A stretch of DNA of 64,000 bases from positions 1 to 64,000 of IMG/VR virus record IMGVR_UViG_3300017971_000214; one strand, written 5' to 3'. Positions 60,545 to 64,000 of this stretch are shown here, in pieces. Each line of letters starts with the position of its first letter. The first letter of the stretch is position 1. A model generated the notes under the pieces. That model did no database searches and was not told the DNA's origin. It saw nothing but the letters and a program-made list of their open reading frames with translations. The translations under genes and the position numbers were made by a program. The stretch is from a virus.

Positions 60545-62632
60545 ATGACAGAGCTGAGCATCCAGCGCATGGGCTCGGGTGAGTTCGAGCCCAAAGCCGG
60601 CCTGATCTACAAAGACGTATTCGACCTGATGAGCCTGTACGAAGGGCTCGCGTTCCGGGCGCCGACCATCGTGGTTGGCCCGAAAGGCATCGGCAAGACC
60701 CTGAGCATCCAGGCGTTCGCGGCGCAGCAGGACTGTCCCATCGTGACGTTCGACTGCTCGGAGGATGTTCGTCGCCAGCACTTGATCGGCATCTTCGTTC
60801 TGCGTGGGCAGGAGACTCCGTTCGTCCTGGGGCCGCTGACGACGGCGTTCGAGGTCGCCAACGAGGTGGGGCAGTGCATCCTGTGTTTGGAGGAGATCAA
60901 CTGTCTCTACCCCACCACTACCGTCTTGGTCCCCTCTGGCGAAGAAGTTCCGATCGAGCGGCTGCGGTTGGGAGATCCTGTTGTTGGATTCGATCCTGCG
61001 GGCGGTCAGTGTTTAGCGCATGTGGTAGAAACCCGGTATCAACGCGCTGACTCCTCATATACAATAGAAGCCGGTGAGGAAATCATCAAAGCCAGCGAAA
61101 ACCACCTCTTTTGGACAAGGAGGGGGTGGGTCCCCGCGAAGTTCCTCCAAGAAGGGGACGAAGTCCTTCGTGTGTGCGAAGTGTGGTTGCCGCAAAAAGG
61201 ACCTGAGGTCTCTTCGGGCGCACGAACGGATGGCTCACGGGAAGAATCCGATGAAGAATCCGGAATGCGTCGTGAAGGTTCACACGGCGGCTCGGAACGA
61301 GAAGATTTCAAAAGCCGCAACAGCGCGGTGGAAGGACCCGGAGTACCGGGAGACGATGAGCGAGTTTCTACGGGAGTTGCGTCCCATGGACAACCCCAAG
61401 GTGAGATCAAAGATGTCCGAAACCCAGAGGCTTCGGATGCTTTCGGAATGGAGGGATCCGAAAAAGAGAGAACGTCGCTTGGAGAGTTGTCGGACGCCGG
61501 AGTTCCGAGAGACTGCGGCGAAAGGGGGAAAGAAGACCGCTGCGTTCTGGAGGTCCCCAGAAGGAAGAAAGATAGCTTCGATGCGCTCCAAGAAGCTCTG
61601 GGCGGACGAGAGACACCGGAAGCTCATGTCCGAAAAGCGAAAACAGCATCTACTGGATCATCCAGACAAGAAGATACAGTTCGTACATGCGGGATGGAAC
61701 GCTCAACGCCCAACGAAGTTGGAACGTCGGGCCATAGAGATTCTAGTCGACCTTCCAGTCTTCTACACAGGGGACGGAACGAGATGGATCACTACACCCA
61801 AAGGGCGACATTTGAATCCGGACTTTTCGGTGGAAGGCAAGAAAGTGATTCTTGTGGATGGGGACTACTGGCACCCACCGAATCAGAAGAGGTCAGAGAC
61901 TTTGGCCTACAAGAGCGCGGGATTCTCAGTTCTTCGCTTGTCGGAAGACCAAGTGAAGAACCATCCAGCACTTGTGCTAAAGCGGGTCCAGAAATTCCTC
62001 TCTGGGTAACCGTTCGAAGAGTCACCCGAAATCTTGAGGCTACTCCTCTGTGCGAAATCGGCCTTACTGGTCCTCACACTTACTTTGCTTCGGGGCTCGG
62101 AACGCACAACTCACTGACACCCCAGATGCAGAAGGTGCTCAACGCCCCAACCGACTGGCGGCAACGCATCGAGGTGCCGGAAGCTCGGAAGGTGTTCCGG
62201 TTGGAGAAGGGCAAGAAGATTTGGGTAACGGGGACGATGAACACTGCGGTATACGGCGGCGTGTACCAGCTCAACGAAGACCTGAAGAGTCGCATGAGGC
62301 TCGTTGCGCTTACCTACCCGAAGTCCTCCAAGGAGAAGGAGATCATCGCCGCGGTCCTCTCCGACACGTCTCTGGATCAGTCGGTAGTCGACCGGGTGAT
62401 TCTCCTTGCGCACGAGACTCGACAGCAGTCGTTGGAGTACGCGCTCAGTACACGCGACGTCGTGCAGTTGCTGGAGGACATCGCGGCTATGGATTTGACC
62501 AGGGCGCTGCGCATCGTACTCGGCAAGTTCGACGACACCGACCGGGACACGGTGGCAGAGAGAATCCAAAGCATCTTCGGCGTGAGCTTCGATCAGACCT
62601 CGCGGCGTCGCGGGGCTGCAGCGAGGGCGTGA
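60545..62632 (+). CDS. MoxR/CbbQ/NirQ-type AAA+ ATPase with an intein at Walker B
   Basis: GPKGIGKT, LCLEEIN|SL, GTMN, LNEDLKSR and LSTRD. Confidence 0.88.
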   Translation: MTELSIQRMGSGEFEPKAGLIYKDVFDLMSLYEGLAFRAPTIVVGPKGIGKTLSIQAFAAQQDCPIVTFDCSEDVRRQHLIGIFVLRGQETPFVLGPLTTAFEVANEVGQCILCLEEINCLYPTTTVLVPSGEEVPIERLRLGDPVVGFDPAGGQCLAHVVETRYQRADSSYTIEAGEEIIKASENHLFWTRRGWVPAKFLQEGDEVLRVCEVWLPQKGPEVSSGARTDGSREESDEESGMRREGSHGGSEREDFKSRNSAVEGPGVPGDDERVSTGVASHGQPQGEIKDVRNPEASDAFGMEGSEKERTSLGELSDAGVPRDCGERGKEDRCVLEVPRRKKDSFDALQEALGGRETPEAHVRKAKTASTGSSRQEDTVRTCGMERSTPNEVGTSGHRDSSRPSSLLHRGRNEMDHYTQRATFESGLFGGRQESDSCGWGLLAPTESEEVRDFGLQERGILSSSLVGRPSEEPSSTCAKAGPEIPLWVTVRRVTRNLEATPLCEIGLTGPHTYFASGLGTHNSLTPQMQKVLNAPTDWRQRIEVPEARKVFRLEKGKKIWVTGTMNTAVYGGVYQLNEDLKSRMRLVALTYPKSSKEKEIIAAVLSDTSLDQSVVDRVILLAHETRQQSLEYALSTRDVVQLLEDIAAMDLTRALRIVLGKFDDTDRDTVAERIQSIFGVSFDQTSRRRGAAARA
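60902..62110 (+). mobile_element. intein (403 aa) whose central region is a low-complexity shadow of an out-of-frame gene
   Basis: CLYPTT start, ASENHLFWT block B, and HTYFASGLGTHN|S end. Confidence 0.88.
61074..62009 (+). CDS. nested +1-frame C2H2 plus helical repeat plus Vsr/DUF559-like endonuclease
   Basis: CAKC..L..H...H finger, W.DP repeats, and PDF...ILVDGDYWH...GFSVLRL.E; start codon uncertain. Confidence 0.8.
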   Translation: MRKSSKPAKTTSFGQGGGGSPRSSSKKGTKSFVCAKCGCRKKDLRSLRAHERMAHGKNPMKNPECVVKVHTAARNEKISKAATARWKDPEYRETMSEFLRELRPMDNPKVRSKMSETQRLRMLSEWRDPKKRERRLESCRTPEFRETAAKGGKKTAAFWRSPEGRKIASMRSKKLWADERHRKLMSEKRKQHLLDHPDKKIQFVHAGWNAQRPTKLERRAIEILVDLPVFYTGDGTRWITTPKGRHLNPDFSVEGKKVILVDGDYWHPPNQKRSETLAYKSAGFSVLRLSEDQVKNHPALVLKRVQKFLSG

Positions 62633-62678
62633 GGTGCGGACTCCTTTTTCTCCCCCCGCGGACCCGCTAGCTGCGGCG

Positions 62679-64000
62679 ATGTCGGAAGAGGCTGAGTCCG
62701 CCGACACGTTGGCGGACTTACGTCGGTACTCGGTGCTCAAGTCGGTGGCCTACAAGACCGTCGACATGTTCTCCGGCATCACCAAGCGGCGCTTGTGGCT
62801 GAAGGACGGCTCCTTCGTGGGGACAGACGGGAACGAGATCAGAGTTCCCTTCTCCGATCCGGACTTCTACCAGCTGGTGGAGCGCCAGCTCGCCCACGTC
62901 CTGTTTCGCTCGGACGCCAAGGCCAAGAAGGTGTTCGTCCGGGACTACTCGATGAAGGTGGCGGAGGTAGCCAAGAAGATGGGGGTCGAGCTGAACGCCG
63001 GCCACCTTCAGGGAGCCATCGGCCACATCATCACGGTTCTGGAGAAGCGCCGCGTCACCTCCCTGTGGGGGATCTTGTATCCCGGCAGCCACCAGCTACT
63101 GAAGGAGATCGACCAGGAGTCCGTCGCAGAGCTGATGAATGAAGCGCACGGGAGCCTACTCGCCTATCTGACCTGTTTGGAAGGCGACGGAGCGTCGGTC
63201 GGTGCGGGGGAGATGGATCGATTCCGGCCCTACATCGAGGAAGCCTTCCGGAAGGTGCACAAGCGGGGGTTCTCGGCGACGCTTTCGATCTCCAAGTGGC
63301 TCGTGATGCAGTTCGTCAACGAGATCATCCGAGAGCTGAAGGACATCCCACCCCCTCCCCCGCCCATGCCTACGCCCCAAGGGCAGCCCGGCTCTGCTGG
63401 AAGCTCCGGCGAGAACGATTCAGAGAGGGAGGAAGGTGACGACTGCGACTGCGACGCCCCGAAGGCTGGGGGCAGCTCGGAGGGATCCGGAGAAGAAGGC
63501 GATGAAGGCTCCCAGGAGCCCTCTGAAGGCGACGATGGGGAGGGGGAGGGCGACGCCCCCGACGAAGGCGACGAAGGGCAGGAAGGGGCCTCAGAGGGGG
63601 AAGAAGACGGGGATGGGGATGCCCCCTGGAACCCGCCGCCTCCGCCGGCTACCGGGGCCGAGCGTACCCAGGCGCTGAAAGATCTGATCGACAAGCTGGG
63701 GAAGGCCCCCGAGCAGGTGAAGGACACAATGCTGGAGTCCAAGTTCACCAAGTCTCGGCACTCGCCTAAGGCGCAGGCGCTTGCTTCGCAGGCGTTGAAG
63801 GCGGACGTGAACAACCCGGACAAGTTCGAGGACAGCCTGGATGACTCCGAGCAGGAGATGGAGGACATCCTGGATGCGGCTCTCCGAGCCATGCGCCAGA
63901 AGATGCACCACGACGAGTGGTTGCAGAAAGATGCGATGGCGAAGATCAGCTTCGTCGACAAGGAGGATCAGAAGCACGCCCGGCAGCCCATGAGCTTCGA
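62679..64000 (+). CDS. probable CobT/VWA-type partner of the AAA ATPase (runs off the window)
   Basis: Open frame to the window end; TDG..I.VP...QLAHVLF metallopeptidase-like segment and acidic linker; adjacent to a MoxR-type ATPase. Confidence 0.6.
   Translation, partial: MSEEAESADTLADLRRYSVLKSVAYKTVDMFSGITKRRLWLKDGSFVGTDGNEIRVPFSDPDFYQLVERQLAHVLFRSDAKAKKVFVRDYSMKVAEVAKKMGVELNAGHLQGAIGHIITVLEKRRVTSLWGILYPGSHQLLKEIDQESVAELMNEAHGSLLAYLTCLEGDGASVGAGEMDRFRPYIEEAFRKVHKRGFSATLSISKWLVMQFVNEIIRELKDIPPPPPPMPTPQGQPGSAGSSGENDSEREEGDDCDCDAPKAGGSSEGSGEEGDEGSQEPSEGDDGEGEGDAPDEGDEGQEGASEGEEDGDGDAPWNPPPPPATGAERTQALKDLIDKLGKAPEQVKDTMLESKFTKSRHSPKAQALASQALKADVNNPDKFEDSLDDSEQEMEDILDAALRAMRQKMHHDEWLQKDAMAKISFVDKEDQKHARQPMSF

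Overview
High-GC, gene-dense segment of what looks like a large (jumbo-type) bacteriophage genome. The host may be a myxobacterium; this is an inference from sigma54-type promoters and an FGE-domain protein. Most genes are short, co-oriented + strand hypotheticals, and I recognised no capsid, tail or terminase genes. Recognisable genes are a Fis-like HTH regulator, PncA and PncB (NAD salvage), a beta-clamp-like protein, a HicB-like protein, a GNAT, an ADP-ribosylglycohydrolase, several HNH nucleases, a SNF2 helicase, an FGE-domain protein, a double lytic-transglycosylase protein, an intein-containing C1 peptidase in a lysis-like cassette, a family-4 UDG, KhpA and an intein-containing MoxR-type AAA ATPase. 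Four observations stand out. (1) A stand-alone RAMP/Cas7-like gene and a partner gene are followed by a five-unit non-coding array of 5-nt-periodic tracts, each closed by a conserved hairpin; this is a candidate non-CRISPR RNA-guided system. (2) Several long intergenic tracts have G at every 4th base. (3) Two Vsr/DUF559-like endonuclease genes are hidden in the +1 frame inside genes that stay open, one within an intein and one with no splicing element. (4) Two dispersed operator/promoter families are present, including apparently leaderless sigma54 transcripts. All family calls come from motif recognition by eye; no database search was run. Many small hypothetical ORFs are not listed individually.
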